Shown piece by piece: positions 1 through 14,529 of a stretch of DNA of 64,000 nucleotides. Both the position numbers and the translations under genes were made by a program. How positions within the stretch are numbered: position 1 is the stretch's first letter; the number at the start of each line of letters is the position of its first letter. The notes beneath the pieces are model-generated. The model saw only the letters and a program-made list of their open reading frames with translations. It was not told where the DNA came from and searched no databases. Source of the DNA: Trichoplax adhaerens (lineage: Eukaryota > Animalia > Placozoa); the NCBI RefSeq assembly GCF_000150275.1, contig NW_002060950.1, forward strand, positions 3,264,198 to 3,328,197, written 5' to 3'.

Positions 1-1584
1 GAATACTGACGATTTCCTATCTTAAGGAACAGTAACACAACATCAGTATTTCTTTGACATAACTGAATCCAAACTTTATTGAAAAGTCAGTCGATTTGTA
101 GTAGACTGATATAAATATGAATTATCAGTTTATAAATAGCTTTATTATAAAACTACGCAGTTATCTATTAAAAATATGTAAAATATCATATATAAACCAA
201 TGCAAGTGCATTCCTAGATAAACTATCTAATGGAATCTATGTTACGACAGCAACGCAAAAGCTACTCCGAAATAGTATCACAGCGTGCAACTAAAATTGA
301 TACGGAGTAGGATTAAGTAGAAACAATTGCTGTCGCAAAATAAACTAACAAAGTTGTTGTTCTAGTTAAAGTCAATAATTATATTATAAAATTTCATTGT
401 AGCACTACGTCAATCATTTTATAATATAATTGTAGAAGTTGAATAATTAATTAGGCAAATCATTATCTCTACCGTATCGAAAGAACTTACCTTTACCGTC
501 TATATTCTCTTAGTATTGACGTAGCAATATTCTCTCAATGATTGAGTCTTTGTGCCAGACCTATACGTAGTTGTCCATTAGTATAACTATCATTATGTAA
601 CAGCGTATAGGTAAGCCATCATCAATAAAGTTTGTTTAATGAGTCTTTACTTTTGAGTGGTTTTTACTCTAGGTAAAAAAGGAATGGATCAATGAGCTGC
701 TTATTAATAGTAACTACTGGCAAGACAAGAATTACATATAGAAGATAAATTTTTCTATTATATTCTTGAATAATAACTAAACGCTACGTAATCATATTGT
801 TAATACAATATAAACTAAAAATCATGCGTCAGGTTTACTCACAGATCGGAAGAACATATTAATCGACATCAGACTACTAATGGAAATAATGAAATTGTAT
901 TATCTTTATAAAATTCTAGACAATCGACTATCACCATCATCAAAGCTATACTTACCCTCTAGAAATAAATACTTTTCATCAGAGAAGCAAATGCAGACGC
1001 GAAAATAATAAGGTCTATAATCTCATTTCATCCCTATCCATAGAATGAGCATATCCAGGCGTATTTTGCTTCAAAAATACTAGCCATAAATTACTTGTCG
1101 GGTAATCACATTAAACTATGTTATCAAATTGATTCGATGATATTTCCAAAGTAATTAAAATGCTGTAAAGCAGCTGAGGCTACTTTAATTAAATTTTTCT
1201 TGATGGGCTACGGTACTGTGCCTAAATTTATCTTAAAGATTAAGATCAAAAATGGAACATAAATAATGTATAAGCATTCAGCACTGCATTAATTTCGTTC
1301 CATCTTTCAAATGGATTATTGGCCAGTTTTCAAACTTAAATTCTCAATTTAAAATGTTACGTAAGTATCTTAGCGTTAATCGTCAACTTCGATTTTGATC
1401 AGGAAACATTTAAATTTCAAAATTTTGATCATAATCGTAAAATAGTTATCAACCCTAACGCCAGTCTAATTATAATTATCTAACAATCAATCATCATCTC
1501 CAAATTCTAACCAAGGAGCAATTAACTTGAAATCTATCAAATTTGAATCGAAAAAGCAAAAATTTGCTATCGGATTGTATTAAA

Positions 1585-2564
1585 ATGGAAAAATGATTAT
1601 TTATTGTTATTTTGAATATTGATAGTAGCCTAATCAAGTGAATTAATCGCCTTTATGGCGAAATTGACCTACTCAAGGTTATCACCAGTCATACATAAAT
1701 GGGGCTGGCAAACTGTGCTTTTTTAACCGTTATATCTGAGAAAATAAATGGCCGTTGCTTGATATTGCTTGTGTGATCCATTTATTTCTGCTAGCAAGCT
1801 GTGATCTATTGCTTGCTACGCCAATGACATCTGCCTTAAGTACTTCAATCATGGCAAAGAGAAGTCCCATACCATCTCTTATTCATATAATAATTTGTAA
1901 AATCTTGATCGCTTTCCCAGTTTATTGGTCGTATACAGTTTCGGTATAAATCCTCGTTATCATTAGTATTAAGCGCTATATCATTATCTTCCGGCCCACT
2001 GAGAAATTAGCACCAAAAATACTAAAATGTTGTACGCTTTGGTATGAATTATCTTGTTACTTTTTTAACACCCTTCCCCATTCATAATCATATCGGTTCA
2101 AAGTCAATGTGCTCAATTTTCATCTCGATCAATTTGGGCTATTATTGTTAATATGATATTGGTTGTGTTTCAATTTTTTTATTCGGATGATCGTTACATT
2201 GACTGCTTATGTTTTGATCCTATCCCAACTTGAGAGGAAAGTGATTTCAATTGAACAGGAATCTACTAATAGTAAAAATCTTAAGCGTAAGTTTACTTAC
2301 GTTCTTCTAATTATAACTGTAACATTTTTTTATGCTCTTTACCTTGGACCTTACCGTTACTTTGAAGGCATTTACGGTCAATTTGTGACACTGGTTTTAC
2401 TAGATGATAGCAATCCAAGGAATCCAAGGATGCGGGCAATTATCATATTAGGTAGGATATCAATGCCTGTCACTGCGACCATCTATAATCCAATAATTTA
2501 TTGTATTTTTATGGTAAAATTTGAGAATTACTTTTTTTCTATGCTATTATCGATGGAAAAATAA
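1585..2564 (+). pseudogene. Degraded class A GPCR pseudogene (array copy 1)
   Basis: Fragments in several frames match the intact neighbours: TM2 LASCDLLL, TM3 ICKILIAFPVYWSYTVSV then TAA at 1947-1949 where most paralogues have Gln, ERY decayed to KRY, ICL3 ESTNSKNLKRK, TM6 PY, TM7 GRISMPVTATIYNPIIYCIF. Frameshifts lie between the fragments. The 5' boundary is approximate. Confidence 0.88.
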
Positions 2565-4878
2565 CGTAATTGCCTCAAGCGTTGGGCTCCCTGCTCAAGA
2601 AAGGACTGAGAATCGTCTTTAATTAAAAAACACATAGTTTCCAATTCGAAAGGATCAATTAAGGGTGCTCACCATTAAGAAACAGCTCCATTTAGATTTA
2701 GCTTTATAGTAACTATTATATTATCATAGATCATTCAATGCTACAAAATTTTCTGCCAAAATTGCTCTCATTCTTAGTTTGATCTAATTTTAAAACTGAG
2801 TATAACTCCATGCTTTCTATTGGGTAAAAAGCAAAAAGAATTTTGACGTTCTTGAAACTTCGGAAAATTACTATAGTACAGTTGGCATTTTTGTAATGAT
2901 TAAAATATCTACTATCGACTCGATCGGAGAAAGCTTATTAGCTTCATACATAATGAAACTGTACTTTAATTATCGAAAATATACAATAGATATTTAACGT
3001 CATATGCATTAAAAGTTAGCAAATTATGCTAGAGAATGCCAGATTGCACTGCATGCAATAGTTGACGTTACATAGTATTATCAAAAAATCCCCGTTTGGA
3101 CTGATATAGATTTTAGCACACTGACCGGCATATAATAAAATATAATTAAAAACATTATGCAAAAGGCACATACATAATTATATTTATTGTACCAATATAA
3201 ATTCACTAGTATCGGTATATTATAAATATTAATATTATTGTTCGAATTAATTAAAAGGCTTTCGATTCCTATACGTGATTTATGTCTAAAATTAAACAAA
3301 GTCGCAAATAAAAATTGTTACCAATCTAACCATTGTTCAATTTCAATTATCAAAATAGTCTTATATTGAAAGCTATTCCATAATAATTCTTATGAACTTA
3401 TTTAACGATACGGATTCAAAATATGTCACCATACTCTCCAGTAATATCCACCTTTACTTAGTTTTAACTTTTTGGTTAGCTAATCAATTATACTGCGTTC
3501 TTAATTAACTAATATACAATTAGTCATCATAGAACAATGAAATAGCTTCAAATTTCTATGGCCAAAACTGAGATAACGTGTTCTTAATGGAAATAAAAAA
3601 TAATAAGCTTGATTTTACGTGTAAGTACCTCAAGACAGTTTATTTCTTCAGTACCTTCATTAGAAGACGATAAATGAGGAGAAATAATATTTTACTATGA
3701 GTACACACAACAAAAAGATATTGTTGATATGCAAATTAATTATGTTAACATTCTATCTTATAGTACTTAAGAGAGCTTGTTTGATAAATTGATCTTGCTT
3801 GCATTCTGTCTATGAAATCACGGAGCATAATTTTTATCATTATAAAACTTTCCTAAGTTGACCATGATTATAGAGACTAAAAGCATCACAAAAACTTCAT
3901 CACATCGTTAATAAAATACAACAGTAAAGAACTAACTTAACCAAACCAAATTACTTTTAGAAATGTTCATGCTATAATTTTGCTTACCTAATTAGTTTTT
4001 GATATGCCGATCTTTAAAATCGAACAAATGACCAATAATTAAACATAATCAAAACAAGATGATATTTATGCGTAATAATTCAATATTTAGATATTATCGT
4101 TGTTATTGGTTATAATCTTGTTTTTCAATAAACACGATCTTCTATTATTAATTAACTAATAGATAGAATATGAAAAATTACACCTAATAATTAAAAACAT
4201 TGACAGCAGTGCTTTATTAATAATTTTGATAAATAAGATATCAGTTTTGAATAATATCAAGTATCTCAGGCTGATTGCTTTTGTCAAACTATTTTAATCA
4301 ATTCCTGTTTTACTCTTTTACTCGAATCATCGATATAAGCACTAACTCTGGACGGAGAAAAAATAATTATTGTGTATAATTAGTTAAAATTTACTATTGC
4401 AAAAGTTGCCGATTGAAAGTGGCTTTGCATTCTAGCTTTGTTAAGCAAATTTATGTTAACGATATTGCCTTATATTCTATGGTAATTATTGATAAAACTT
4501 GATCAATCTATCGATAAATAGTACAGTCCGAATGATAACAGTTAAAAACCCCAGGGTGATCATATAAACAAATAACATTGCACCTACCGGCATTTATGAT
4601 AGAATACAAATTGACATTGGCACTATTGTTAAATGATACCATCTATTTTTTGTTCTAATAATTGTACTAATTGTAAGCTCAATATTAGTAAGGTATATAT
4701 AGACACACAATACTGTAATTGTTCGTGAATTATTTTTTATACCGCAGCCTAGAAGTTGTAAATCAAAACTGTTTCCACTTGTTGAATTACCTTTACCTAA
4801 ATTCAACTGAGAATTAATCGCCCAATTCATAGCGGTTTAATCAAACTCTTATCAGTCACTAAATCAAATTGATGATAT

Positions 4879-5964
4879 ATGAATATCACATCGGATAACA
4901 GGATTGATCGTAATCTTACCTTTGCTCCACAAGCGATCGAGATGCAACTTGGAATGGGTATCTTAACTCTGGCTTGTATTAGCATCATCCCTAATTTAAT
5001 TATTATTATCGGTACTCATTATAAGACGATACTAAGAAGGTCAATGTACTATTTTATGGCCAACTTAGCTTTTTGTGATGTAATATTGTCTATCTCTCTA
5101 CAATTAAGTATTTTATTAGCCATAGCAGCACAAAAAAAAACAATTACTGAATCAGATCATAGTATGCTCTGTAAATTTTTGGTAATCTTTCTAGGGTACT
5201 GGTCATATGGAGCTTCAGTACATACCCTCATTGTTATTAGCTATGAGCGCTATAATGCAATCTTACGACCAACTGCAAAATTATCACGCAAAAAGGCCAA
5301 AAGTCTATGCGGCATAGCATGGCTTACTTCGCTTCCAATTTCAATTCCATTTCTAGTTACTGGTACCGCTAAGGGTTATCAATGCACTTCATATACTCAT
5401 CATACAAGTTGGGTACTTGTCAGTAACTTGACTTTGGTAGTATTCCAATTCATCATACCCATTACTGTCATGATAACTACCTATTCTTTAATTTTACGTC
5501 AACTAAGGTTTAAAGTATCGTCAGGACGAACTGAATGTAACAAGAATAAGCAGCTTAAACGGAGAACAGTTTATATGGTTATGCTTACAACGGCTATCTT
5601 TTTCGTTTGTGCCTTACCTTGGACGCTATCTCAGCTCATTGAAGCGTTTACAGGAAAATTTTCATTTCAATTTTTTATTGATACTAGATTTTCTGCTTTT
5701 CAAACAATTATTAGATTAAGCAGAATATTATTGCCCGTGACCGCGCTATATAATCCAATTATTTACTGTATCTTTAATGAACAGATACGAAAATTATTCT
5801 TTCCTTGCTGCTACTGGCAACGTATTACAGCCATTCAGATATTTTCTTCGCCCACTTCTCACAATAGATTCAACAAGGTTGATAATAGCCTATCAGCCCT
5901 TTCAGCTATTAAATCTGAATTTAACCATACGAAGTCTACATTAACTGCAATTTCTATAAGCTAA
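4879..5964 (+). CDS. Intronless class A (rhodopsin-like) 7TM GPCR, orphan, 361 aa
   Basis: Seven hydrophobic segments; IPN (TM1), NLAFCD (TM2), LCK and ISYERY (TM3), W (TM4), ECL2 Cys, FQFIIP..Y (TM5), FFVCALPW (TM6), YNPIIYCIFN (TM7/helix 8); N-terminal glycosylation sequons NIT and NLT. Confidence 0.96.
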   Translation: MNITSDNRIDRNLTFAPQAIEMQLGMGILTLACISIIPNLIIIIGTHYKTILRRSMYYFMANLAFCDVILSISLQLSILLAIAAQKKTITESDHSMLCKFLVIFLGYWSYGASVHTLIVISYERYNAILRPTAKLSRKKAKSLCGIAWLTSLPISIPFLVTGTAKGYQCTSYTHHTSWVLVSNLTLVVFQFIIPITVMITTYSLILRQLRFKVSSGRTECNKNKQLKRRTVYMVMLTTAIFFVCALPWTLSQLIEAFTGKFSFQFFIDTRFSAFQTIIRLSRILLPVTALYNPIIYCIFNEQIRKLFFPCCYWQRITAIQIFSSPTSHNRFNKVDNSLSALSAIKSEFNHTKSTLTAISIS

Positions 5965-7781
5965 CACATAGTAGATATTACTGAAAAGACGCTCGTAATA
6001 TGTCGTGTTATTATAGTATAATTCATTCATTTTCGAGCTTTTAATTTACCTTAACACATTATTGAATACGATTAATAATTCAAGGCCAATGATATTTTTG
6101 AAGTCTCTGTTTATTGATAATTCAAATATTGATAATTTGCTAGTAGCTTGAATTTTGGAAATTCGTTAGATATTTTTTCCAATATTTTGGTGAATATTAT
6201 ATTTGAGCTAAATGTTAGGAATTTTGAGCGTCTGGTGTCAATGATATTTTTAGCAATGCTACAGAAAGCATCATATTTTTGGTATAAGAGCGTGCTTAAA
6301 TTAATTTCTGCCCTGTAATCCGAAATAGCTATCATTAGATAACTTTTCTAGGAATTTACTGATAGGCTCTTATCTAAAATTGTTAACATCTCTGAATAGA
6401 TAATTAAATATTTCTATACCATAGCTAAGTAAAGTTAGCTATTTTTACGTAGCAAGACCACAAATTGGTTGATTTTTCGATTTTCCTATAAAATTTGGGT
6501 ACATAGGTTACTCTAGAAAAGATTTGTGGCCGTTATTACCTTTTAGCAATAGGTGTTTGTTAGTATTCATTTTTAATGTTGGTAAATCTCGAGCAGAAAT
6601 ACCGTAATATTAGACTCTAGTAATTTACTTTATTTGTGCATTTTAGATTATTAACGGAATGATGTAGAAGAAAAAAATTATCTTATCGCTTAAATTAAAA
6701 ATAAATATTGCTTTAAAACTTAATTCAATAAACTTTTTTTCAAATTAAAATTATGTTACTAACTACTACGGTACTATTCATAACTGTCGGATCCAGTGAA
6801 ATAAGCCGCAATGATTATAAACCGTATAGCAAGACCACATAAAACTTGTGGCCTAAAAACATCGCGAATACTACTAGTTAGCTGATGAGCTGTTAAGTAA
6901 TGCCTTTTACTCCAATTTTAATATAGATTAGCACTTGGGAACAGTAAAAGGATCTTAGTTCTAAGTCCAAGATTCATTCCTTACTATCACATACGAAAAT
7001 AGTTTACTCGATAGTATAAATAAGAAAATTTTGGCATTGCAGTAATTAATTATGCCTACAAGATGATATTAGCTATACTGACTTTTAGATCGCATACAAG
7101 GAATCCGGCAATAACTGATTACTTATTACCCTTATATTTTTCTTACATTTATATCACGTTTATAAATTTTCTTATCTTGTTTTATGTAATTTCTTGGGTG
7201 CATGACTTCTTATCCAAATTAGTATACTTGCGTTCTCTAATGCTTTGATCAGGTAATACTCTAACACAAATAATTAAGATTATTTCAAATTTGAGATCTT
7301 TGCATTAACGATATTATTAGTGCGTCTATTTCTATAGTATAAACTGGTTGGTGCTAGTAGCCAGATAGGTACCTTAACAAAGGTTTTCAAACTTTTGGAA
7401 CGAGTCGGAAAGGTAATTTGTAGAAAAATAAGTTAAAGCATACCGACCATAATGAATTTCATAGCTGTGTCACTTTAATTTTAAAGATAATTTCAGTATA
7501 ATAGCTGTATTATCGGTTATTTCACGTGATTACCAGTTGGTGTTCGGTTATCTGATACCTATAATTCTGAAATTCATAAGTTTATATCCACCAACTGAAC
7601 AATTTTATTGATTATTTAATTAAAATGATGCTATATTGTTTTTAAATATTCGTTTACAACACAAAACATTAATCAGTACTGTTTCTTTCTTCGAATTAAT
7701 TATATTATCACTAATGAATAAATTCCTATACTAAGAAGAATCGACACATTAGCAGCTGATCTTTTTGTATTTGTACATCGT

Positions 7782-8280
7782 TATAATAAATCGTCTTCTC
7801 AAAAATACAAAAGAACTACAGCTTCTTGTAAATTTTACTCTATTACATAGATTAGGTTCGTCTTACAACTTCCAAGAACTATCCAGCTTCAATAGGACTA
7901 TCTCTGAACTATATGAATTATCACAGCAATATTCACAATTGATATACAATTAGTTATACAAAGATTTTCTTTCAAGTAAAATCATATCTTACCAATTAAG
8001 TTACAGAATCATATCTGAATTTACAATCGTGCTATCAATTCATAATTCGCGCTTCTAATTTAAGCATCACAATACAAATCTCACAGTACTAACATAATTA
8101 ACGCTATCTATTATCATCTCAGATTCTTAATATAAGCATCTGAATTCAATTACTACAATACGTACCGTAAACATCTTCCACAATTAGACACTTATGCAGT
8201 CTTACAATCTAGCGTACAATTTAGCCTATTCTCGTGAATCTTGAATCGTAATCTAAGCTATATTTGGGAAGTGCACTACA
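7782..8280 (-). mobile_element. Probable old solo LTR
   Basis: Ends TATAAT...ACTACA (TGTAGT...ATTATA on the minus strand), flanked by ATCGT/ATCGC (5-bp TSD with 1 mismatch). The interior has the same strand-skewed composition as the other LTRs here. Confidence 0.45.
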
Positions 8281-10897
8281 ATCGCTTAGGCAACTTTTCC
8301 ATTATCACTATATTAAAATATTCAAAATTCCGCAAAGCACTAAACTAACGATTAGACTTAATTTACGTACGCGTAATTTTTTGAAGTTATTAATAAGCAA
8401 CTAGAACAGACAGCATAGCTTGATACTTTTTATTATGATGCTTTTCTGGTCAATTCATTTCTATTAAGCTTTGTTTTATATCATTCTGCTTATTCAGTGC
8501 ATTTCTACGACTTTGTTTTCGCTATCTAGATCACTCTGAAGCTCTTGATACAAAAAGTTAATAAACTCCTAATTTGCCTACAGATCAAATGTTCAAGTTT
8601 GGGATATCTTAGAGTTTTTCGAAGGATTTTGGTCTTAATTTTAAGTTCGTAAAGTCATGTTACAATCCGAATTATGCTAAACTTATTTATTTCTATAATG
8701 TTAAAGTAATGATCCAAAATTATACCCTATCGTTAACGAAAAAAGGATTACAAAATATTCGAAAATTACTTATCATGAAACTAAAAGTCTTGATGCCACT
8801 TTTTATAATTTATAATTGGTAAAACAGAACGCTCTATTAAGATATCTAAAAATGTTCGTAACAAATATGATCATAGCATATTTACTTAATATTAGGAATA
8901 ATCAATTTCTTACAAAAACATTAGTACGGAATTTAATATGAGATAAAGGATATAAATAACAGTAGAATAAGAATGCATACGTTTAATTAATTGATAAATT
9001 ATCATACCATTTTGTATTATGAAAGAGAATACATAAACGCCATTTAGTATACTTAGCTAAGCTCTGTAATATTGGATGTGGCAGAACTTTGATCTCATCC
9101 ATGGGAAAAGTGTCGAGACTAGATGCTTATTTAATTAGTACTTATATCGATATAAATTTTTAAAGAACTTCATGAAACATACGCATGCAAATGATCCTTA
9201 TTTTTTAGAATGAAAGTTTTCTTCAAGTCTATCACACCACTTTTAAATTTCTATTTGAAGACATTATGATAAGCGTTGACTATTCGATTTTGAAGTTACG
9301 CTAGTTCAACTGAAACATTTCTATCATTATATAAATGATAAAGCTTAGACCAGGATAGTTTTCCGATGTTAAACCACGAAGAAATCATTTCTTTGGAGTA
9401 TATATTATAATTTAGAAGTTGGCAAAGAAAAGTTAGGATAGTCTAAAGATACATTCTAGCTAAAGTATGTAATGATTTCACTAATGGTTAAAATTTTCTA
9501 TTTCTTTACAGAAGTAGAACTGCTCGATTACTGCATGATGACTCCGATAATGGAGTAATTCTAGTGTTTTACTTATTTCGTGCTATAAAAACATATTTTG
9601 GGCCTTAGATATTTGTAGTACCGTATAAATTTTAAGATTCCTCCATATTTAACTAGCTAAGTAATACTCTAGTTATAAGTCCTAAGCACTAAAGAAATCA
9701 ATAGTAATTTGTATGATGATTCTACAGTCCTAAGTATCAGGATAATTACCCAGTTTATCTTAGTCGAGTGTCGTTATACACAAACAGAACAATTAATATG
9801 CAAACAATGTTTTATCATCAGCAATTATGAAACTATCTTATAAGTACAGTAGACTATTCTACTTCTTAATGCTACCTCACTTCAATTACTGCTGTAATTA
9901 GCTGAAAATACTACAATAGCTCACTCTTAAAGACCCTGATTTTTTGTCAGATACTGACAATCTTGTAAATAGGATAGAAAATTAACTATCAGTTTACATA
10001 GATGACAGAAGTATCTTCAGACCTTAAATCATCTTTTTTCCAAAGACAAAGACAGTATTAGCTTCCTATATTTGTATCTAAGACAGATACTATGGGTAAA
10101 AGATTCCAGGCAAGGTTCGATTATCGTCCCCATCATTTTGTTTTCGTAATAAATTTTTTTATACCTCATTACGTCACGAAGACGTGCTTAGAGCTGATTA
10201 CTTTAATCATTTCCTTAAAAATATTGATCAATCTGCGATCAAATTTTTTTGTCAATAAAACTTCTCACTTGTAAGTTTATCAATTGGTTTCAACTAGCTG
10301 ATTCGGTTAGAAATATGAGTAGCAGGTTCACTGAATAAAGTTGTTCTGTTTATTATAGTGCGATGTGACTACTGATCGCGAGCTAATTAAAAGAATATTT
10401 CTTGGATTTTATAGCAGTATTTGCATACGTATTTTACTCAATCCTGAACCAGATTTGGGTCTTAATTTGTGGAAATAATTGTGGCTAAATGCTTTACATC
10501 AGTTTGGTAAACTCATCGTTTAGCAAATTTTCTCTAAAGCTACTTAAGAGTAATGAAAGCATATTAGAATATTATCGCGTGTTTAAATTTTAAATCTTAG
10601 TTACCGAGAGAATTTTGGTTCTATATTGTAATTGACACAGTCTTTCAAGTAAAATAATACAATTTGTAGTTTTCTAGACAAAACAACAATCTGTATCCCT
10701 ACGTTATGAAAAATAGAATTACCAATATTGCAATAAAAGATTTCCCTATAAAAAAGTTATGTTTAAGTAATTACGTCCAATAATTACAACAAGAAATACA
10801 TTTCTCGATAACAGCAAACTTCCTGATATAACAGTGGTTGCTATATTGTCTCTACATTCTTTATAAAAAAATTCGCAAACAAAGGAAAAATCAAATA

Positions 10898-11116
10898 NNN
10901 NNNNNNNNNNNNNNNNNNNNNNNNNNNNNNNNNNNNNNNNNNNNNNNNNNNNNNNNNNNNNNNNNNNNNNNNNNNNNNNNNNNNNNNNNNNNNNNNNNNN
11001 NNNNNNNNNNNNNNNNNNNNNNNNNNNNNNNNNNNNNNNNNNNNNNNNNNNNNNNNNNNNNNNNNNNNNNNNNNNNNNNNNNNNNNNNNNNNNNNNNNNN
11101 NNNNNNNNNNNNNNNN
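10898..11116. other. Assembly gap (N run) immediately upstream of a GPCR start codon
   Basis: Run of N. Confidence 0.99.
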
Positions 11117-11121
11117 TAAAT

Positions 11122-12153
11122 ATGTCTAACGTTTCAACATGTAATGAAAGTAATATTGGTAATTTCTGCAATCGTTCAAGGTATTTCAGTGAGCACATGC
11201 TTATATTATCAGCAACAACTCTCGTTCTTGGTGGTATTATTGGGATTTTTCCGAATGTAATTATAGTTGTAACCGTTTATCGCAATAAATCATTCCGAAA
11301 GCCAACTTACTTCTTCATAACTAATTTAGCAGTCTGCGATTTGATGCAAAGCGCGGCAACGGTATTCAATTTATTTTTAACGGCCATAGACAGACAATTT
11401 CAATTGCCATTAAGTGTTTTAACTGTTTTATGTAAAATATTTGCCATCTTTCTAAAATATTGGTCCTATACCGCCTCTATGCAGACATTAATCATCATCA
11501 GCGGTGAAAGATACCACGCCATTTTTCGACCCACTAGAAAGCTTTCAACAAAGAGAGCTAGATCGTTATGTTTTCTTTCATGGGTAATATCGTTCGCAAT
11601 AGCATTTCCATATCTAATAACGGCTTCAGCCCTCAATAATAAACCAAAAATTTGCGTTGCGTATCAAAATTATACAGAATGGACGACTGTAATCAATATT
11701 ATTCTATTTATTTTCCAATTTATGCTTCCTGCAATTATTATGATCATTTTATACTCTCTTATACTACGTCATCTAAAAAGAAAGAGTAGAATATTACAAA
11801 AGGAATCGAATGCAAACAAAAAGGTAAAGCAACGAACTGTTTATATGTTAATGACCACTACATTTTTTTATTTTATATTTGCTACTCCTTGGGCTATATC
11901 TCTAGTTACTATCTTCACAACGCGTAGATTACCTTTCAATTTAGGAAGAGATAGAAGCAATCCACTACTGCAAACTATTATGGGAATAAGTAGAATGTCA
12001 TTGCCGTATACTACATTATATAATTCAATAATTTACTGCATTTTCAATCACAAAATGAGACGGATATTTTTTCCATGCTTTCATCGCTCAACAAGATTTA
12101 AAGTGAAGCATGTTCATTCCGTTGGACCTAATGTAACATTAACGCCAAGCTAA
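11122..12153 (+). CDS. Intronless class A GPCR, orphan, 343 aa (NSxxY variant)
   Basis: GIFPN, NLAVCD, LCK..WSYTASMQTLIIISGERY, FQFMLP, FIFATPW, YNSIIYCIFN. The ATG is 5 bp after a gap, but N-terminal length and Cys pair match the paralogues. Confidence 0.95.
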   Translation: MSNVSTCNESNIGNFCNRSRYFSEHMLILSATTLVLGGIIGIFPNVIIVVTVYRNKSFRKPTYFFITNLAVCDLMQSAATVFNLFLTAIDRQFQLPLSVLTVLCKIFAIFLKYWSYTASMQTLIIISGERYHAIFRPTRKLSTKRARSLCFLSWVISFAIAFPYLITASALNNKPKICVAYQNYTEWTTVINIILFIFQFMLPAIIMIILYSLILRHLKRKSRILQKESNANKKVKQRTVYMLMTTTFFYFIFATPWAISLVTIFTTRRLPFNLGRDRSNPLLQTIMGISRMSLPYTTLYNSIIYCIFNHKMRRIFFPCFHRSTRFKVKHVHSVGPNVTLTPS

Positions 12154-13289
12154 AAACGGATTATAAAAATAAGTACGTCATCAAAATTGTCAATATAAAT
12201 TTAGTAAGTCCTGACATCTGTAAATCACGGAGTAAAATTAGGAAAAGTGATGCAATTTAACCAATACCTTGACCTTATATTATAAACGTCAAAATACTGC
12301 ACTGTAAATTGTCCGTTACCTATCGTTGATAACTTTACGAGGTATATTACGAAATATTATAATTTTATATGGCTAATTGATTTGATAATACTTAATTAGA
12401 ATTTTAATATTAACCCTATCAGTGATTAAAGTGTTTAAACTTCACAACTGTAGAATAAATTTATACAACTTACCGATTAATTAATAATTATAGAATATTG
12501 CTATCCCATGTATATGTTGTTACTTATTGAATTAACTTATTAAAATCAATACCACCAATTATTTAATTAGTCTATAAAAATATTCATAAATAAATGTGCA
12601 GAGCCAATATCATGCTTCTGATCTAAGGAATATGGTAAATTTAATTATCGAGTAACAAAAGCAGAAGTAGATTTCTAGCCAACGTTCGCGCTTAAGCGTA
12701 AATTTGGAAATTAAAGTATCTTAATAACACTCGACAGTTAAGCATGGTATATTTAATTTGTGATGAGAAATCTGTATAGTTGAAAACAGCTATGTCTCAA
12801 TAGGCACCCATTTATTTCTATTCTCGCTACATAGCATCAAATATAGATCAGAACTATCCGATCTAGGAAAATAGGTTATTTAGTAAAACCTCAACGATAA
12901 ATAGAAAGATGGCAACACTAGTCCATAGGAGAGTAGTGTTGCCAGAGATACGATATTGAGGCGTTATAAGAGAGCTCAGTCTGAGATGTAGCAGTGTAAT
13001 GGTATATTTCGATTACGAGATCTTAGTTGCTATTGTAACGTTCAACAATAAAACTGAGTATTAAATAATTTTTATCTGCTAACATCGGAAGAAAATTTAT
13101 TGACTAGCTGTTTCATAATAAGGATGGATATGGTGCATATTACATCGGGATTATTATTGAGAAAAATTCGTTTTTCCTCCCTCCATAATAACATTAGAAA
13201 TAGGCTAAGATAAAACAGACAGTCGAAAATAAACTTTGATATCATATACCTCTTTAATGATAATATCATACAGCTTAATAATCACAGTA

Positions 13290-14187
13290 GCTTAAAGTAT
13301 GAACTTATGTGAAAAATTAAGTGAGTAAATTTGGTGACGTAGCATTTACATATGGTAATTACAATTAGTTGCTTACATTAAGAATCACTAGAGTTATAAT
13401 GAGTTACAGTAAATTATATGTTGTACTGTAATGCAATTATTATATAATACTGGAATGCAGTACAAGATCCTGTAATTGAAATTCTGACTAATGATAGATT
13501 GCAGGTGTATTGAAAAGACTCTGTGAGTGGACATACTGCAGTCCTGTTGCATTTAGATTGCTATTCATCTGACGTTGGTAATTATAATTATAGGCACTCC
13601 GATTAATTATTAGCTAGGTAGTGAGACACAATATTAACCAACGCACGATGACGTTCAGAAATTAAAATTACTTCTATTTTACTCACGGGTGGTAAGACGT
13701 AATTCGGCTCGGCTTCACTCTAAATATAACTTCGGATGTGATCAGTAATCCTAAATGCAGTCTGATGACTAAGACAAACTCTTCACTACTTCAGAATAGA
13801 ATCGACCATATTAAGAAGCCGTGCTAATTAAACACCTGCGGCAGATTGCACACAAGTAACAGAATATCCAAAGTACTAGTAAACCAGTATAATGTATATA
13901 TATATATATTAATATATAACAAAATCACAAGTCCAATTAGGTAAAATTAGTCAGTAGATGTTCATATCGATACTTGTTGGGGTAAGATGATTTATCAATG
14001 TTAGCCACTACCGAAAATTATTTTAGTTCAGTAGACCAAAGAATAAAATTAGTTCTCTAGTTTTATAACGTAGAGGTAAAGGCGTCTTAGAACTTATGAG
14101 TAGTCAAGGAATACTGAATCTCGAAAGCTTTCGAAAATTGAGAAATTTTTCTTTAAGTAAACCTTGTCGCAAATCTGATTTATGATA
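13290..14187 (+). mobile_element. Diverged family E solo LTR interrupted by a nested element
   Basis: 13290-13470 and 13930-14187 align by eye with 32150-32586 (e.g. GTTACAGTAAATT..TGTTGT.CTGTAATG, AGTAGATGTTC, AACGTAGA...AAAGGCGTCT, ATACTGAATC, 3' end TCTGATTTATGATA). The 5' boundary is approximate. Confidence 0.75.
13471..13929. mobile_element. LTR-like insert nested in the family E copy
   Basis: TGTAAT...ATCACA termini; 459 bp absent from the uninterrupted family E copy at 32150; flanks GATCC/AGTCC (imperfect TSD; the uninterrupted copy reads AGTCC). Confidence 0.6.
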
Positions 14188-14529
14188 GCATATTACAGGA
14201 AAGCAGAGCTTTAGATAACAGTCAGATTCGGCCTTTTAGTACATAATACAAAAATTACAAGTACTTACAATATAATCGGTTATAAGCTTATAAAATTTAT
14301 TTAATTTCGTAATCATTTCAGCTAATTGTAGTAGTGCAGTATGTGGCTGTTACAGCACTATGTTGCTTAAATTATAGACTTTAAAAAAGTATATTTGCAG
14401 GCAGTGTTTCAGTTTTATAGTATAGGAAATGCTAGGATTTGTTGTACTTATAACTTTAGGAATTTATATTCTATAGTAAATTAATAATACTCTTGCTTTA
14501 CTCGAAAAATGAAAGCTGTGAACGCTATT

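Noticed and set aside
9468-10173. Possible solo LTR (TGTAATGA...TCATTACG, AATAAA near the end)
   Set aside because: Flanks AAGTA/TCACG give no TSD and there is no second copy in the window.
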